Assembly: GCA_965216765.1 (NCBI GenBank)
Contig: OZ244199.1
Location: 2,310,357 to 2,374,356 of the forward strand
Origin: Rhodospirillales bacterium
Lineage (GTDB): Bacteria > Pseudomonadota > Alphaproteobacteria > Rhodospirillales > Casp-alpha2
Length of the DNA: 64,000 nt
Direction: 5' to 3'
The stretch's first letter is position 1, and each line of letters opens with the position of its first letter. Below the pieces are notes generated by a model, which did not search any database, was not told the DNA's origin, and saw nothing but the letters and a program-made list of their open reading frames with translations. Shown here piece after piece: positions 34,713 to 45,527 of the stretch. The position numbers were made by a program, and so were the translations under genes.

Positions 34713-34719
34713 GGCGAGG

Positions 34720-34748
34720 TCTCTGGCGCGGTGCCAGAGATTTTTTTT
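34720..34748 (+). terminator. Riboswitch expression-platform terminator
   Basis: TCTCTGGC-GCGGT-GCCAGAGA-TTTTTTTT between the aptamer and the metZ RBS. Confidence 0.8.
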
Positions 34749-34776
34749 GACCGGGGCCCCGAGATAGGAGGCTCAC

Positions 34777-35979
34777 ATGACACCTGATAAGAACGTACAA
34801 CACACATGGCGCCCGGCGACACAACTCGTCCGTGGCGGCACAGAACGGTCCGGTTTCGAGGAAACCTCCGAAGCCATTTTCCTGACCTCGGGTTACGTCT
34901 ATTCATCTGCTGAGGAAGCGGAGCAGGCGTTCAAAGGCGACCGTGTCCGTTATGTCTACTCTCGCTACGCCAATCCGACGCTGACCATGTTCGAAGAGCG
35001 CCTCGGTTTGCTGGAAAGGGCGAAGTTCTGTGTTTCAACGGCCAGCGGCATGGCCGCCGTGTTCGCGGCGCTGGCGTCGCAGCTTAAGGCCGGCGACCGG
35101 ATCGTCGCCTCGCGCGCCTTGTTCGGCTCGTGCCTCTATATCGTCATGGAGCAGTTGCCGAAGTTCGGCGTCGAAGCCGAAATCGTCGATGGCGGCGACA
35201 TGGCCGCGTGGGAGGCCGCGCTTTCCAAACCGGCGAACGTCGTCTTCTTGGAAACGCCGTCGAACCCGTGCCTCGACATCATCGATATCGCCGCGGTATC
35301 GAAGCTGGCGCATGCTGCGGGGGCACGTGTCGTCATCGACAACGTCTTCGCGACACCCGTCCTGCAACGACCGCTGGAACTCGGCGCCGACATCGTCGTC
35401 TATTCCGCGACCAAGCACATCGACGGCCAGGGCCGCACCCTCGGCGGCGCAATTCTGTCAAACGACGAAAGCTTCATCGCCGATCATCTGACGCCTTGGA
35501 TGCGCCATACCGGCCCGGCCATGTCACCGTTCAACGCGTGGGTGCTGCTGAAGGGACTTGAAACTCTTGCCGTCCGCGTTAAGCAGCACGTCGCCAACGC
35601 CGAGAAGGTCGCTGCCTTTCTGGAGTCCGACCCGCGTGTCGGCAAGGCCATCTATCCCGGCCTAGCGTCACATCCACAACACGACCTTGCCCTTCGGCAG
35701 ATGAGCGGTTCCGGCTCGACGTTGGTTGCTTTTGAAGTCGCGGGGGGTAAAGCCGGTGCCTTCAAGGCGTTGAATGCACTCAAAATCATCGATATCTCCA
35801 ATAATCTCGGAGATTCGAAGAGCCTGATCACACACCCAGCAACAACAACGCACCAGCGCCTCGGTGACGAAGAGCGGGCATCGCTGGGGATCGGCGACGG
35901 ACTCGTCAGATTGTCGGTGGGGCTTGAGGATGCCGACGATCTGATCGAGGACTTGGATCAGGCTCTCGGTTCGAACTGA
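34777..35979 (+). CDS. metZ: O-succinylhomoserine sulfhydrylase
   Basis: YVYSRYANPT, ASGMAAV, VVYSATKHIDGQGR, ISNNLGDSKSLITHPATTTH. Confidence 0.95.
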   Translation: MTPDKNVQHTWRPATQLVRGGTERSGFEETSEAIFLTSGYVYSSAEEAEQAFKGDRVRYVYSRYANPTLTMFEERLGLLERAKFCVSTASGMAAVFAALASQLKAGDRIVASRALFGSCLYIVMEQLPKFGVEAEIVDGGDMAAWEAALSKPANVVFLETPSNPCLDIIDIAAVSKLAHAAGARVVIDNVFATPVLQRPLELGADIVVYSATKHIDGQGRTLGGAILSNDESFIADHLTPWMRHTGPAMSPFNAWVLLKGLETLAVRVKQHVANAEKVAAFLESDPRVGKAIYPGLASHPQHDLALRQMSGSGSTLVAFEVAGGKAGAFKALNALKIIDISNNLGDSKSLITHPATTTHQRLGDEERASLGIGDGLVRLSVGLEDADDLIEDLDQALGSN

Positions 35980-36792
35980 TCAATCGGTCCGTCGCGGCAA
36001 GTCCGCAAGCCTTGCCGCGACAGGCCCCGGCGCACCGTCCGCAACGGGCTGACCGTCCAAGACCGTCACCGGGCGTACACTCAGGCTCGAAGTCAGAATA
36101 ATCTCCGTAGCGCGACCAAGATCGTCGGTCGTCAGTGTTCTTTCGATGACGGTCTCCTGCACCATGATCCGTTCGCGCATCACGCCCGGCAACGCGCCGT
36201 CGGAAATTGGCGGCGTTACCAGATCGCCACCAATCACGCAGAACACATTGGCCGACGTCGCTTCGGCTACGGCGTCACGGGTATTCAGCATGATGGCATC
36301 GTCTGCACCTGCTTCCATCGCCTCGCGGCTTGCCAGGATGGCATCTAGATAGTTGGTCGTCTTGAGGCGGGAAGCCGGTGAGCGTTCGTTCCGCCGTGTC
36401 GTCTTGGCGATCACGGCCTCGACCGGGTTCGCGATGCCGACGTGCATAGCCGTGACCGCGACAAGCAACGTGGGCGCCACATCGGCGGGCGGCGCCACGC
36501 CGCGCGGACCGCTGCCCCGTAGCAACGTTATGCGCACCGCACCCTCCTCCACGGCGCCATCCGCGGCCAGCGCCCGGATGGCGTCTTCGAGTCCGGCTCG
36601 GTCTGCATGCAACGGAATGCCGAGTATCTTGGCGCCGTCCGACAAACGCGCCAGATGGCGGTCCAGAAGTTTCGGTCGTCCTCCCAACATGGCGAGGGTT
36701 TCGAAAATACCGTCACCCAACAAGACGCCACGGTCCGTCGCATCAACGGCGCCCGACGCTGGCACGATCTCACCGTTCCGCCAGATCTTCAC
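35980..36792 (-). CDS. pabC: Class IV aminotransferase / aminodeoxychorismate lyase
   Basis: DRGVLLGDGIFET, HLARL, LKTTNYL, EATSANVF, LPGVMR. Confidence 0.8.
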   Translation of the reverse strand: MKIWRNGEIVPASGAVDATDRGVLLGDGIFETLAMLGGRPKLLDRHLARLSDGAKILGIPLHADRAGLEDAIRALAADGAVEEGAVRITLLRGSGPRGVAPPADVAPTLLVAVTAMHVGIANPVEAVIAKTTRRNERSPASRLKTTNYLDAILASREAMEAGADDAIMLNTRDAVAEATSANVFCVIGGDLVTPPISDGALPGVMRERIMVQETVIERTLTTDDLGRATEIILTSSLSVRPVTVLDGQPVADGAPGPVAARLADLPRRTD

Positions 36793-38144
36793 GACACGCC
36801 GCTGCCTCCGACACTCGCCAGCAACGGTCCGGCCTTGGTCAGCATTTCGTCCAACTCCCGCTCCGGTTCGCTGTCGGCCACGATACCACCGCCAGCATGC
36901 GCGTGCACGGTATCCCCGGCGATGGCAAGGCTACGGATGACGATACTTGAATCCATCTGTCCGTCGGCTCCCGCCCAGAAAACGCTGCCGCAATAGGGAC
37001 CGCGCGCGACAGGTTCCAGTTCGTGAATGATCTCCATCGCCCGCACCTTTGGAGCACCCGTCACAGAGCCGCCCGGAAATGCCGCGATCAATAGATCGAA
37101 AACGTCTTTGTTCGTACGGAGTTGGCCGTTGATCTCGGACACCAGGTGGTGAACGCGGGCAAAGGTCTCCAACTCGCAGAGCGCACTGACTTCGACACTG
37201 CCGATTTCGGCGACGCGCGAAAGATCGTTCCGCAACAGATCGACGATCATCAGGTTCTCCGCCCGGTCCTTGGCGCTCGCCTGCAATTCCGCCGCAAGGG
37301 CAGCATCCTCGGTCGCATTCACCCCCCGCGGCCGCGTGCCCTTAATCGGGCGCGTGGAAATCCGGCCGGTGCTGTCAACTTTTAGGAACCTTTCCGGCGA
37401 AGCACTGACCAACGTCGCCTCCGGTCCGCAGCGGACATAGGCGGCGAAAGGCGCCGGAGATTGTTGGCGGAGGCGGCGATAAAGGTCGAATGGCGAAACC
37501 CCGTCCGGCAACGGCGTATCTGCACGCGCCGTAATGTTTGCCTGAAAGATGTCGCCCGCATGGATGTACTCGATGGCCGCTGCGACGGCGTGGCGATACG
37601 CATCGCCGGATAGTTGCCAGCCCCAATCGGCCTCTGGTGTCGACGGCAAGGGCGGCAGCGGTATAGTCGCTGCGAGTTTTGTCGAAAGCAATTCGACGCG
37701 CTCGGCTGCCGGTGACCGGTCTTCGGCCAGATCAGTGCCGATCACCCAGGCGCGGTGGTCCAATGTGTCAAAGGCAATGACGGTGTCGTAGAGCGCGGCT
37801 GCCAAAGTAGGAAAACCGACCCCTGCTTTCGGCGGCGGAAGACGCTCAATCGTGCCGCCCAACTCGTATCCAAGGACACCGCAGACCCCGGTCTGAAATG
37901 GCGGAAGATCTGGATCGCAGCTTATTCTCGTTTCACCCAATAGACTTCGCAGTTTTTGGAACGGTTGATCATATCCGTTACCGGTCAGCACCTGCGCGGG
38001 GTCGATGCAGATATACGAATACCGGCCTCTTCCTCCGGCAACATCCGCGCTATCCAGAAAAACGCAGTAGGGCGCCGCTGCAAACGGCGCGAAAGCGGCC
38101 AGCGGATCGACATAAGGTATTTCCGCTGCGATGGGTTTTTGCAT
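36789..38144 (-). CDS. pabB: Aminodeoxychorismate synthase component I
   Basis: SPERFL, TRPIKGTRPR, KDRAENLMIVDLLRNDL, FPGGSVTGAPKVRAMEII. Confidence 0.92.
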   Translation of the reverse strand: MQKPIAAEIPYVDPLAAFAPFAAAPYCVFLDSADVAGGRGRYSYICIDPAQVLTGNGYDQPFQKLRSLLGETRISCDPDLPPFQTGVCGVLGYELGGTIERLPPPKAGVGFPTLAAALYDTVIAFDTLDHRAWVIGTDLAEDRSPAAERVELLSTKLAATIPLPPLPSTPEADWGWQLSGDAYRHAVAAAIEYIHAGDIFQANITARADTPLPDGVSPFDLYRRLRQQSPAPFAAYVRCGPEATLVSASPERFLKVDSTGRISTRPIKGTRPRGVNATEDAALAAELQASAKDRAENLMIVDLLRNDLSRVAEIGSVEVSALCELETFARVHHLVSEINGQLRTNKDVFDLLIAAFPGGSVTGAPKVRAMEIIHELEPVARGPYCGSVFWAGADGQMDSSIVIRSLAIAGDTVHAHAGGGIVADSEPERELDEMLTKAGPLLASVGGSGVS

Positions 38145-38172
38145 AACGGACTGGGGCGCGCGCCCCAAGGGA

Positions 38173-39159
38173 TCAGAAACCCTCGCCGAGCACACGGTCC
38201 GGAGGCGCATGACCGTCGACGAAGGTCTTGATATTGATCAGCACTTTTTCACCCATGTCGATACGGCCTTCCTTGGTTGCGGACCCCATGTGCGGCAGCA
38301 GGACGACGTTATCCAGAGCGATCAGTTTCGGATTGACCGCAGGCTCATGCTCGAAGACGTCGAGACCGGCGCCGGCTAGGTCGCCGTTAATAAGCATGCG
38401 GGTCAGCGCATTCTCGTCGATAATCTCGCCACGGGCTGTGTTGATGACGACGGCATGCGGGCGCAACAGCTTGAGACGGCGCGCCGACAAAAGGTGATAC
38501 GTCGCCGGCGTGTGCGGACAGTTGACCGAAATGAAATCCATACGGGCAAGCATCTGGTCAAGGCTCTCCCAATAGGTCGCTTCCAGGTCGTTTTCGACCT
38601 GCTCCGGCACCCTATGGCGATTGTGGTAATGAATGGAGAGGCCGAAACCTCGCGCGCGGCGGGCGACCGCTTGGCCGATACGGCCCATACCGATGATGCC
38701 GAGGCGCTTACCGTAGATCCGGTGCCCCAGCATCCACGTCGGTGACCAGCCGGACCAGTCACCGACACGCAGGGACCGCTCACCCTCGGTGAGGCGGCGC
38801 GGTACCGCCAAAAGCAGCGCCATCGTCATATCTGCGGTATCTTCGGTCAGGACATCCGGCGTGTTGGTTACGGTAATGCCGCGCTGGCGCGCCGACGCCA
38901 GGTCGATGTGATCCACCCCAGCGCCATAGTTGGCGATCAGCCGCAAATTCGGGCCAGCTTGGGCCAAAAGCTTGCCGTCGACCCGGTCCGTCACCGTCGG
39001 CACCAAGACGTCGCAGGTCTTCAGGGCCTCGGCCAGTTCGGACGTGGACATGGCCTTATCGTCAAGATTCAGGCGCACGTCGAAAAGTTCCATCATGCGG
39101 GTTTCTATCGCATCCGGAAGCTTTCGGGTCACAACAACGACCGGTTTGTTGCGCGGCAT
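38173..39159 (-). CDS. D-isomer-specific 2-hydroxyacid dehydrogenase (glyoxylate reductase-like)
   Basis: VTNTPDVLTEDTAD, GIIGMGRIG, INTARG, LDVFEHEP, LPHMGSAT. Confidence 0.92.
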   Translation of the reverse strand: MPRNKPVVVVTRKLPDAIETRMMELFDVRLNLDDKAMSTSELAEALKTCDVLVPTVTDRVDGKLLAQAGPNLRLIANYGAGVDHIDLASARQRGITVTNTPDVLTEDTADMTMALLLAVPRRLTEGERSLRVGDWSGWSPTWMLGHRIYGKRLGIIGMGRIGQAVARRARGFGLSIHYHNRHRVPEQVENDLEATYWESLDQMLARMDFISVNCPHTPATYHLLSARRLKLLRPHAVVINTARGEIIDENALTRMLINGDLAGAGLDVFEHEPAVNPKLIALDNVVLLPHMGSATKEGRIDMGEKVLINIKTFVDGHAPPDRVLGEGF

Positions 39160-39260
39160 CCGCGGGCCCTCCATCGTCAGAACATGGGGTGGCTGTAGCA
39201 ACCCCATGCGAGCTTGTCCAGTAACTTGACCCCGCGCCCGCAAGCCGCGATAAACACTGC

Positions 39261-39782
39261 ATGCTCTTGCGTAGATTCTTTAGAAATTTCAGCCGTTGCT
39301 TACCCGCCGCCGTTCTAGCCACGGTCGCATTTGGTATGCCTATCTTGTCCGCCGCCCAGGATAGCGGGTTGCCGACCCCCCGCTTCGTCAGTCTGCGCGC
39401 CGCCGAGGTCAATCTACGCACAGGCCCCGGCGTGCAGTACCCTGTCGAATGGATCTTTCAGCGCGAAGGCCTACCGATCGAAGTGCTGCGGGAATACCGG
39501 ACCTGGCGGCTGGTCCGCGATTGGGAAGGCACACAAGGTTGGATGCATCAGAGCATGCTGTCCGGCAAGCGCACCTTCATCGTTACCGGCAAGGCCCGCA
39601 CGATCCGCGCCGAGCCCGACGTCAAAAGCCGCGCCGTTGCCTTTATCGAGCCGCCGGCACTCGGCGAACTTCTATCCTGTCCCCCCGGTAGCGTTTGGTG
39701 CCAGGTGCGGGCGCAAGGCAAGGAAGGCTGGATGCGCAAGATCGAGTTTTGGGGCGCCTATCAGAACGAGGCCTTCGAGTAA
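39261..39782 (+). CDS. Secreted tandem bacterial SH3-domain protein
   Basis: PRFVSLRAAEVNLRTGPGVQYPVEW...WRLVRDWEGTQGWMHQSML. Confidence 0.88.
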   Translation: MLLRRFFRNFSRCLPAAVLATVAFGMPILSAAQDSGLPTPRFVSLRAAEVNLRTGPGVQYPVEWIFQREGLPIEVLREYRTWRLVRDWEGTQGWMHQSMLSGKRTFIVTGKARTIRAEPDVKSRAVAFIEPPALGELLSCPPGSVWCQVRAQGKEGWMRKIEFWGAYQNEAFE

Positions 39783-39847
39783 GTCTGTAAGCGTTTTTGG
39801 GATAGCCCGCCGACCATCTTTGGCCGAGCCGCCCCTGCACCCAGCTT

Positions 39848-40435
39848 TTAAGTAAGGTCCGACGCCAGCGCAGCGCGCGTTTCTTCCGTCAGCACTGCCA
39901 TATGGCCATATTTCGAATGACTAATCCCCAGTAGAACCCGATTTCCCTCTTTCTTGAAGGCTTCCGCTTGCGCATCGGTCATCGGGAAATGGATGAATTG
40001 GACAGACGATGCCTTGCCGTCGGCGGTCGTGCGGTCGACATCCTCTTCCGGCACACCTTTCACGATTTCGCCGTCGAACTCGAGCGTGATCGTTTCCTCG
40101 ACACCCCCCAGACCGTCGAGGAATGCCGCACGGCGCACCGGATCGTCGATCTCAAACATCAGCGTGGCGACCAACTCGCGCCCCTTCGGCACCAACGTAT
40201 CATACGCCGCCAGTTCATCGGCGATCTGCTCTTCACCACCCTTTTCGATGAACAGCATCTCATGGATTTGATGCCACATGGTGTCATAGCTCTCGAAATA
40301 GAACGTCGCGTCCGGCCCGCAATGAACGCGCCGGTTCTTCTTAAGCGCGGACATCGCCGTGCGGCGTTCGCGACGCTGCTTAGCGTATTCTTCCATGGGG
40401 ATGATGTCTTCGCGGGTAATTTCCGTCTTTTGCAT
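39848..40435 (-). CDS. DUF3501-family protein
   Basis: TMWHQIHEMLFIEKGG..ELAAY..LVP..ELVATLMFEI, SSVQFIHF; part of the rubrerythrin cluster. Confidence 0.88.
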   Translation of the reverse strand: MQKTEITREDIIPMEEYAKQRRERRTAMSALKKNRRVHCGPDATFYFESYDTMWHQIHEMLFIEKGGEEQIADELAAYDTLVPKGRELVATLMFEIDDPVRRAAFLDGLGGVEETITLEFDGEIVKGVPEEDVDRTTADGKASSVQFIHFPMTDAQAEAFKKEGNRVLLGISHSKYGHMAVLTEETRAALASDLT

Positions 40436-40457
40436 GGCAAGCATCCTTTGGCTATTC

Positions 40458-41789
40458 CTAGAATCCGTAGGCGCGGGCAATCAGTTCGACCGGGTGCTGA
40501 ACGGCGGCAATGCCGTCGACCGGTTTACCGAGTTTTTCGATCCCCTGCACGATGTGGTCACGGGCAAGCGGACATTCCGAGACGACATACTTCGCCTCGC
40601 TGTCGGCAGCTTTACGGGCAACCGGTTTGCCGACCTTGAGGCCAACCTCGAAGTTCTCCTTCATGATACCCCAAGACCCACCGTGACCCGAGCAGCGCTC
40701 AATCACGTTGATGTCGGTATCGGGGATCAGACGCAGCATTTCTGCGGCCTTCTGGCCCATGTTCTGCGCACGGGAATGGCATGAGATATGGACCGTGACA
40801 CCGCCCTCAAGCGCCGAGATTCCCTCTGCCAGACCTGCGTTCTTAGCGATATCAACGATGTATTCGGTGATGTCCGACGTCGCAGCGCTCAGTTTGTTGA
40901 CGTCCTCGTTATCGGGGACGATCAGTGGCCATTCAAACTTCAGCATCAGCGCGCAAGATGGCACCAATGCGATAACATCATAGCCTTTGTCGATCCACGG
41001 CTTAAGATCCTTGGCCGTTTCGGCCGCGCTTACGGCAACAGCAGCGACGTCACCCTGTTCCAGTTGCGGCATGCCGCAGCAACGGGGGTAGACGACCTCC
41101 GTTTCGACACCGTTCTTGGCTAGAATAAAGCGGGCAGCCTCTCCGATGGTCGGATTATTGTAGTTAGCAAAACACGTCGCATAGAGGACCGCTTTTCGGC
41201 CGTATGCCGGCGCGTCCTTGTTCACTTCCGGGGCGTCGGTCCTTTCCACGAACGGCACGTCGGCGAATTTTGGTAGCACCGCTTCACGGTGCACGCCCAT
41301 AACGCCTTCCATAACCGGCCGGGTCAACGAGTTGCCGCATTTGCTGGCCCAGTTGGCGAGGCCAGAGACTTTACTGGCGATCTCGCCGTTGCGGTCCGTT
41401 TTAGTCAGCTGTTTCGCGCCAAAAGGCGTCTGGCCTTTCTTGTTTTCGATGGCCCGGTAGCGGAGCATCAAGTGAGGAAAGTCCAAATTGAATTCGTGTG
41501 GCGGCACATATGGGCATTTTGTCAAAAAGCACATGTCGCAGAGCGTGCAGGCATCCACGACGGGCTTGAAATCCTTGCTGTCGACGGAATCAAGCTCTCC
41601 AGATTCCGATTCATCGATCAGATCGAAGAGGCGCGGAAAACTGTCGCAAAGATTGAAGCACCGGCGGCATCCATGACAAATGTCGAAAACCCGCCGCAGT
41701 TCTTCGTCTAGTTTTGCCTCATCGTAAAATGCCGGATCCTGCCACGGTACCGGATGGCGCACAGGCGCCTCCAAGCTGCCCTCGGACAT
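40458..41789 (-). CDS. GlpC/HdrD-like Fe-S oxidoreductase (rubrerythrin-associated)
   Basis: CHGCRRCFNLCDSFP, CTLCDMC..KCPY, CCG and CSGHGG cysteine-rich domains. Confidence 0.88.
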   Translation of the reverse strand: MSEGSLEAPVRHPVPWQDPAFYDEAKLDEELRRVFDICHGCRRCFNLCDSFPRLFDLIDESESGELDSVDSKDFKPVVDACTLCDMCFLTKCPYVPPHEFNLDFPHLMLRYRAIENKKGQTPFGAKQLTKTDRNGEIASKVSGLANWASKCGNSLTRPVMEGVMGVHREAVLPKFADVPFVERTDAPEVNKDAPAYGRKAVLYATCFANYNNPTIGEAARFILAKNGVETEVVYPRCCGMPQLEQGDVAAVAVSAAETAKDLKPWIDKGYDVIALVPSCALMLKFEWPLIVPDNEDVNKLSAATSDITEYIVDIAKNAGLAEGISALEGGVTVHISCHSRAQNMGQKAAEMLRLIPDTDINVIERCSGHGGSWGIMKENFEVGLKVGKPVARKAADSEAKYVVSECPLARDHIVQGIEKLGKPVDGIAAVQHPVELIARAYGF

Positions 41790-41873
41790 ACCACCTCAAC
41801 TCCCACTCTCCTGTCATTCAATCGGACGATGAAGGGGGGCCGTAGCCCCCCTTTTCACCGGATCGCTTCGCGA

Positions 41874-42290
41874 TCAGGCCATCGTGTCGAGCGCTTTCTG
41901 GAAGCGACCGGCGTGCGACTTTTCAGCCTTCGCCAGCGTTTCAAACCAATCAGCGATCTCGTCAAAACCTTCATCACGGGCGGTTTTCGCCATCCCCGGA
42001 TACATGTCGGTGTATTCGTGGGTTTCACCGGCAATCGCCGCTTTCAGGTTGGCAGAAGTCTCACCGATCGGCTCACCCGTGGCCGGGTCGCCAACTTCTT
42101 CCAGGAATTCCAGGTGACCGTGAGCGTGGCCGGTTTCGCCTTCAGCGGTCGAGCGGAACACCGCAGCAACGTCGTTGAAGCCTTCAATGTCGGCTTTCTG
42201 CGCGAAATAGAGATAACGGCGGTTAGCCTGCGATTCACCGGCGAATGCGGCTTTGAGATTTTCTTCGGTTTGCGAACCCTTGAGGGCCAT
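41874..42290 (-). CDS. Rubrerythrin (without rubredoxin domain)
   Basis: [43 protein letters not shown]. Confidence 0.93.
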   Translation of the reverse strand: MALKGSQTEENLKAAFAGESQANRRYLYFAQKADIEGFNDVAAVFRSTAEGETGHAHGHLEFLEEVGDPATGEPIGETSANLKAAIAGETHEYTDMYPGMAKTARDEGFDEIADWFETLAKAEKSHAGRFQKALDTMA

Positions 42291-42392
42291 GGGATCCTCC
42301 TTGCTTAAAGATCAATTGTATCGCGTTGATCGAATACGATCGGCCTGCGACCGAACGTTCGCAATATGGTCACCCAAATTTTCGAAGTCAAT

Positions 42393-42430
42393 AGTTTAGA
42401 TTTATTCTAAACTGAGAATGGTTCTTAATT
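42393..42430. promoter_or_regulatory. Tandem Irr boxes (iron control elements) upstream of rubrerythrin
   Basis: AGTTTAGA-TTTAT-TCTAAACT (42393-42413) and AACTGAGAATGGTTCTTAATT (42410-42430). Confidence 0.75.
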
Positions 42431-42841
42431 GTCGTCGATACGAACGACAACATCGACGCGGGCGATGCGCGCGCCGTTCGGGGCGGCCGGAATCTTTGCG
42501 AATTCAACTTCTTCCGCCGGGATATCCATCAAATCTCCATTGGATTCGAAGTAGAAATGATGATGGTTCCCCGTGTTCGTATCGAAGTACGAACGGCCCG
42601 AATCCACTGCGATTTCACGAAGAAGACCAGCGTCGGTGAACTGATTGAGGGTGTTGTACACGGTCGCCAACGAAACCGAGATACCGGCGCCGACGGCTTC
42701 GTTGTGCAATACTTCCGCCGTCATGTGCCGGTCGCCGCTGACGAACATCAAATTTGCCAAAGCAATGCGCTGTCGCGTCGGCCGCAAACCGGCGCTACGC
42801 AACTTCGACAATACTTCAGAATCGTTCAAATGTTCTTCCAT
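42425..42841 (-). CDS. irr: Iron response regulator (Fur family)
   Basis: GLRPTRQR, SLATVYNTLNQFTDAGLL, YFDTNTGNHHHF; sits after fabA-fabB-fabI. Confidence 0.93.
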   Translation of the reverse strand: MEEHLNDSEVLSKLRSAGLRPTRQRIALANLMFVSGDRHMTAEVLHNEAVGAGISVSLATVYNTLNQFTDAGLLREIAVDSGRSYFDTNTGNHHHFYFESNGDLMDIPAEEVEFAKIPAAPNGARIARVDVVVRIDDN

Positions 42842-42884
42842 GCCCGTTACTTAGGCAAATCGGCGCGAAAACGCAATCCCTTCG

Positions 42885-43688
42885 TCAGGGTGCGTCGTCC
42901 GGTATCGGAAGCGGTACACCGATTATATTGTAGCCACTGTCGATGTGGTGGACCTCACCAGTCACGCTCATCGATAAATCCGAGAGCAGATAAAGCGCGC
43001 CGCCGCCGATGTCGTCGAGCAGAACATTGCGGCGAAGCGGAGCATGCTTTTCGTTCCAGCGCAGGATATGGCGCGCGCCCGCGATGGCGCTGCCCGCCAG
43101 TGTCCGCATGGGGCCGGCCGAGATCGCGTTGACCCGGATATTGTCGGGGCCCAGGTCGGCGGCGAGATAACGTACACTTGCCTCGAGCGCCGACTTTGCG
43201 ACACCCATGACGTTGTAATTCGGTACGACGCGCTCGGCGCCGAAGAACGACAACGCAATCATGCTGCCGCCGTTGGTCATGACCGGCGCTGCGGCGCGGG
43301 CCAGCGAGACAAAGGAATAGCAAGAGACATCCATGGTACGGCGGAAGTTCTCGCGCGTCGTCTCGACGTATTTACCCTTCAACTCGTTCTTGTCGGAATA
43401 GGCGACCGCATGAACGACGAAATCGAGGGTCCCCCACGCATCGGCGCACGCATCGACGGCGGCGCCAATCGCGGCCTCGTCCTCAACATCGCACGGTACG
43501 ATAACGCTTGAGCCGACGCTTTCGGCCAGCGGCCGCACGCGGCGCTCAATAGCGTCGTTCTGAAAGGTGAACGCGAGTTCGGCACCGTGCGCACGCAGCA
43601 TGCGCGAGACGCCCCAAGCTATGGAGTGATCGTTGGCGACACCAAGGATCAGCCCGCGCTTTCCCTCCATAAGGGGTGCGGGTGCCAT
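42885..43688 (-). CDS. fabI: Enoyl-ACP reductase
   Basis: GLILGVANDHSIAWG, YNVMGVAKSALE, AISAGPMRTLA; start approximate. Confidence 0.95.
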   Translation of the reverse strand: MAPAPLMEGKRGLILGVANDHSIAWGVSRMLRAHGAELAFTFQNDAIERRVRPLAESVGSSVIVPCDVEDEAAIGAAVDACADAWGTLDFVVHAVAYSDKNELKGKYVETTRENFRRTMDVSCYSFVSLARAAAPVMTNGGSMIALSFFGAERVVPNYNVMGVAKSALEASVRYLAADLGPDNIRVNAISAGPMRTLAGSAIAGARHILRWNEKHAPLRRNVLLDDIGGGALYLLSDLSMSVTGEVHHIDSGYNIIGVPLPIPDDAP

Positions 43689-43734
43689 GATATCCGTTGA
43701 AGAGTCGGCTGGGGGCATCTCCTTGTTCACGACA

Positions 43735-44955
43735 TCACGCCTCAAGTCGCTTGAAGGCGAGGGTCGCGTTGGTGCCGCCGAAGCCAAAGCTGTTCGACAA
43801 CACGCAGTTCAGATTTGCGTTGTCGATCCGGGTGCGCACGATGTCGGCGTCGCCGGCACTCGGATCAAGGTTTTCAACGTTGGCTGACGCGGCGATAAAA
43901 TCGTTCTCCAGCATAATCAGCGAGTAGATCGCCTCGTGCACGCCGGTCGCGCCCTGCGAGTGGCCGGTCAACGATTTCGTCGAGGAGATCTTCGGTTTGT
44001 GTGCGCCGAACACTTCTTGGATCGACTTCAATTCGACCATATCGCCAACCGGCGTCGAGGTGCCGTGCGCGTTGATATAATCGACTTTTGTATTGCCGAG
44101 ACCGGCGGTTGCCAGTTCCATGCAGCGGCGGGCGCCTTCGCCAGAGGGGGCTACCATGTCGACGCCATCCGACGTCGCGCCGTAGCCGACGACTTCGCCG
44201 TAGATTTTCGCACCGCGCGCCTTTGCATGTTCCAGTTCTTCCAGAACCACGACTCCGGCGCCGCCAGCAATCACGAAACCGTCCCGGTCAACATCGAATG
44301 GGCGGGAAGCCTTGCCCGGATTGTCGTTGTACTTAGACGACAACGCGCCCATGGCATCGAACAAGACGCTCAGCGTCCAGTCCAACTCTTCACCGCCACC
44401 GGCGAGAACAATGTCCTGCTTGCCCCATTGGATCAGCTCAGCGCCGTTGCCGACGCAGTGCGTACTGGTCGCACACGCCGAAGAGATCGAGTAGCTAAGG
44501 CCACGCATGTGGAACGCTGTCGACAGGTTTGCCGATACCGTCGAGCACATAGCTTTCGGCACCGCGTAGGGGCCGATGCGTTTCGGGCTTTTTTCACGCG
44601 CGGTGTCAACGGCGGCCATCTGTGCCGAGGTGGATGGACCACCTGAACCCATCACGAGGCCGGTCCGCTCGGACGTCACGTCGGCATCGGTCAAGCCGGC
44701 GTCGTTGATCGCCTCTTGCATCGCAACGTAGGCATAAGCCGCGCCATCACCCATGAAACGGCGCAGCTTGCGATCGATCTTGTCGTCGAGTTCGATCGTG
44801 GGCGCGCCATGGACATGCGAGCGGAAGCCGCGCTCCGCATACTCCTCGCAAAAGACGATGCCGGAACGGCCGTCCTTCAGGCTTTGCGTCACTTGAGCCA
44901 CATCGTCGCCGATGGGAGACACGATTCCCATACCCGTTACGACCACACGTCTCAT
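43735..44955 (-). CDS. fabB: 3-oxoacyl-ACP synthase I
   Basis: [40 protein letters not shown]. Confidence 0.96.
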   Translation of the reverse strand: MRRVVVTGMGIVSPIGDDVAQVTQSLKDGRSGIVFCEEYAERGFRSHVHGAPTIELDDKIDRKLRRFMGDGAAYAYVAMQEAINDAGLTDADVTSERTGLVMGSGGPSTSAQMAAVDTAREKSPKRIGPYAVPKAMCSTVSANLSTAFHMRGLSYSISSACATSTHCVGNGAELIQWGKQDIVLAGGGEELDWTLSVLFDAMGALSSKYNDNPGKASRPFDVDRDGFVIAGGAGVVVLEELEHAKARGAKIYGEVVGYGATSDGVDMVAPSGEGARRCMELATAGLGNTKVDYINAHGTSTPVGDMVELKSIQEVFGAHKPKISSTKSLTGHSQGATGVHEAIYSLIMLENDFIAASANVENLDPSAGDADIVRTRIDNANLNCVLSNSFGFGGTNATLAFKRLEA

Positions 44956-44990
44956 GAAATCCTCACTTCGTTCTATTCAGAATAACTGCG

Positions 44991-45527
44991 TCAGTCCTCG
45001 GACGTGAAAAGCGTTACTTTCATGTCCGTCGCCTCGTAGGCGAGTTCACCATCGACCAGCATCACACCGTTCGCGATGCCGAGGGTAATCTTGCGGCTTA
45101 AGACCCGCTTGATATCGACGCGGTATTGTACCAGAGAACGGTCCGGCGTCACCTGATCGGTGAATTTGACCTCGCCGACACCCAACGCCCGGCCGCGGCC
45201 CGGCGCGCCAGTCCAGCCGAGGAAGAACCCGGTCAACTGCCAAAGCGCATCAAGCCCCAAACAGCCGGGCATCACAGGATCGCCCTGGAAATGACAATTA
45301 AAGAACCAAAGGTCTGGTTTGACCTCCAATTCCGCTTCGATGATCCCCTTACCGTGCGCGCCGCCGTCTTCGGAGATATTCGTAATACGGTCGAACATCA
45401 GCATCGGCGGCAAGGGCAACTGTGCATTGCCTGGACCGAACAGTTCTCCCCGGCCACAGCTCAGGAGATCTTCATAAGAATATTCAGATTGGCGAGACAA
45501 AGAGCCGACGCCTCCCATATCATTCAA
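44991..45527 (-). CDS. fabA: 3-hydroxydecanoyl-ACP dehydratase/isomerase
   Basis: [32 protein letters not shown]. Confidence 0.96.
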   Translation of the reverse strand: MNDMGGVGSLSRQSEYSYEDLLSCGRGELFGPGNAQLPLPPMLMFDRITNISEDGGAHGKGIIEAELEVKPDLWFFNCHFQGDPVMPGCLGLDALWQLTGFFLGWTGAPGRGRALGVGEVKFTDQVTPDRSLVQYRVDIKRVLSRKITLGIANGVMLVDGELAYEATDMKVTLFTSED

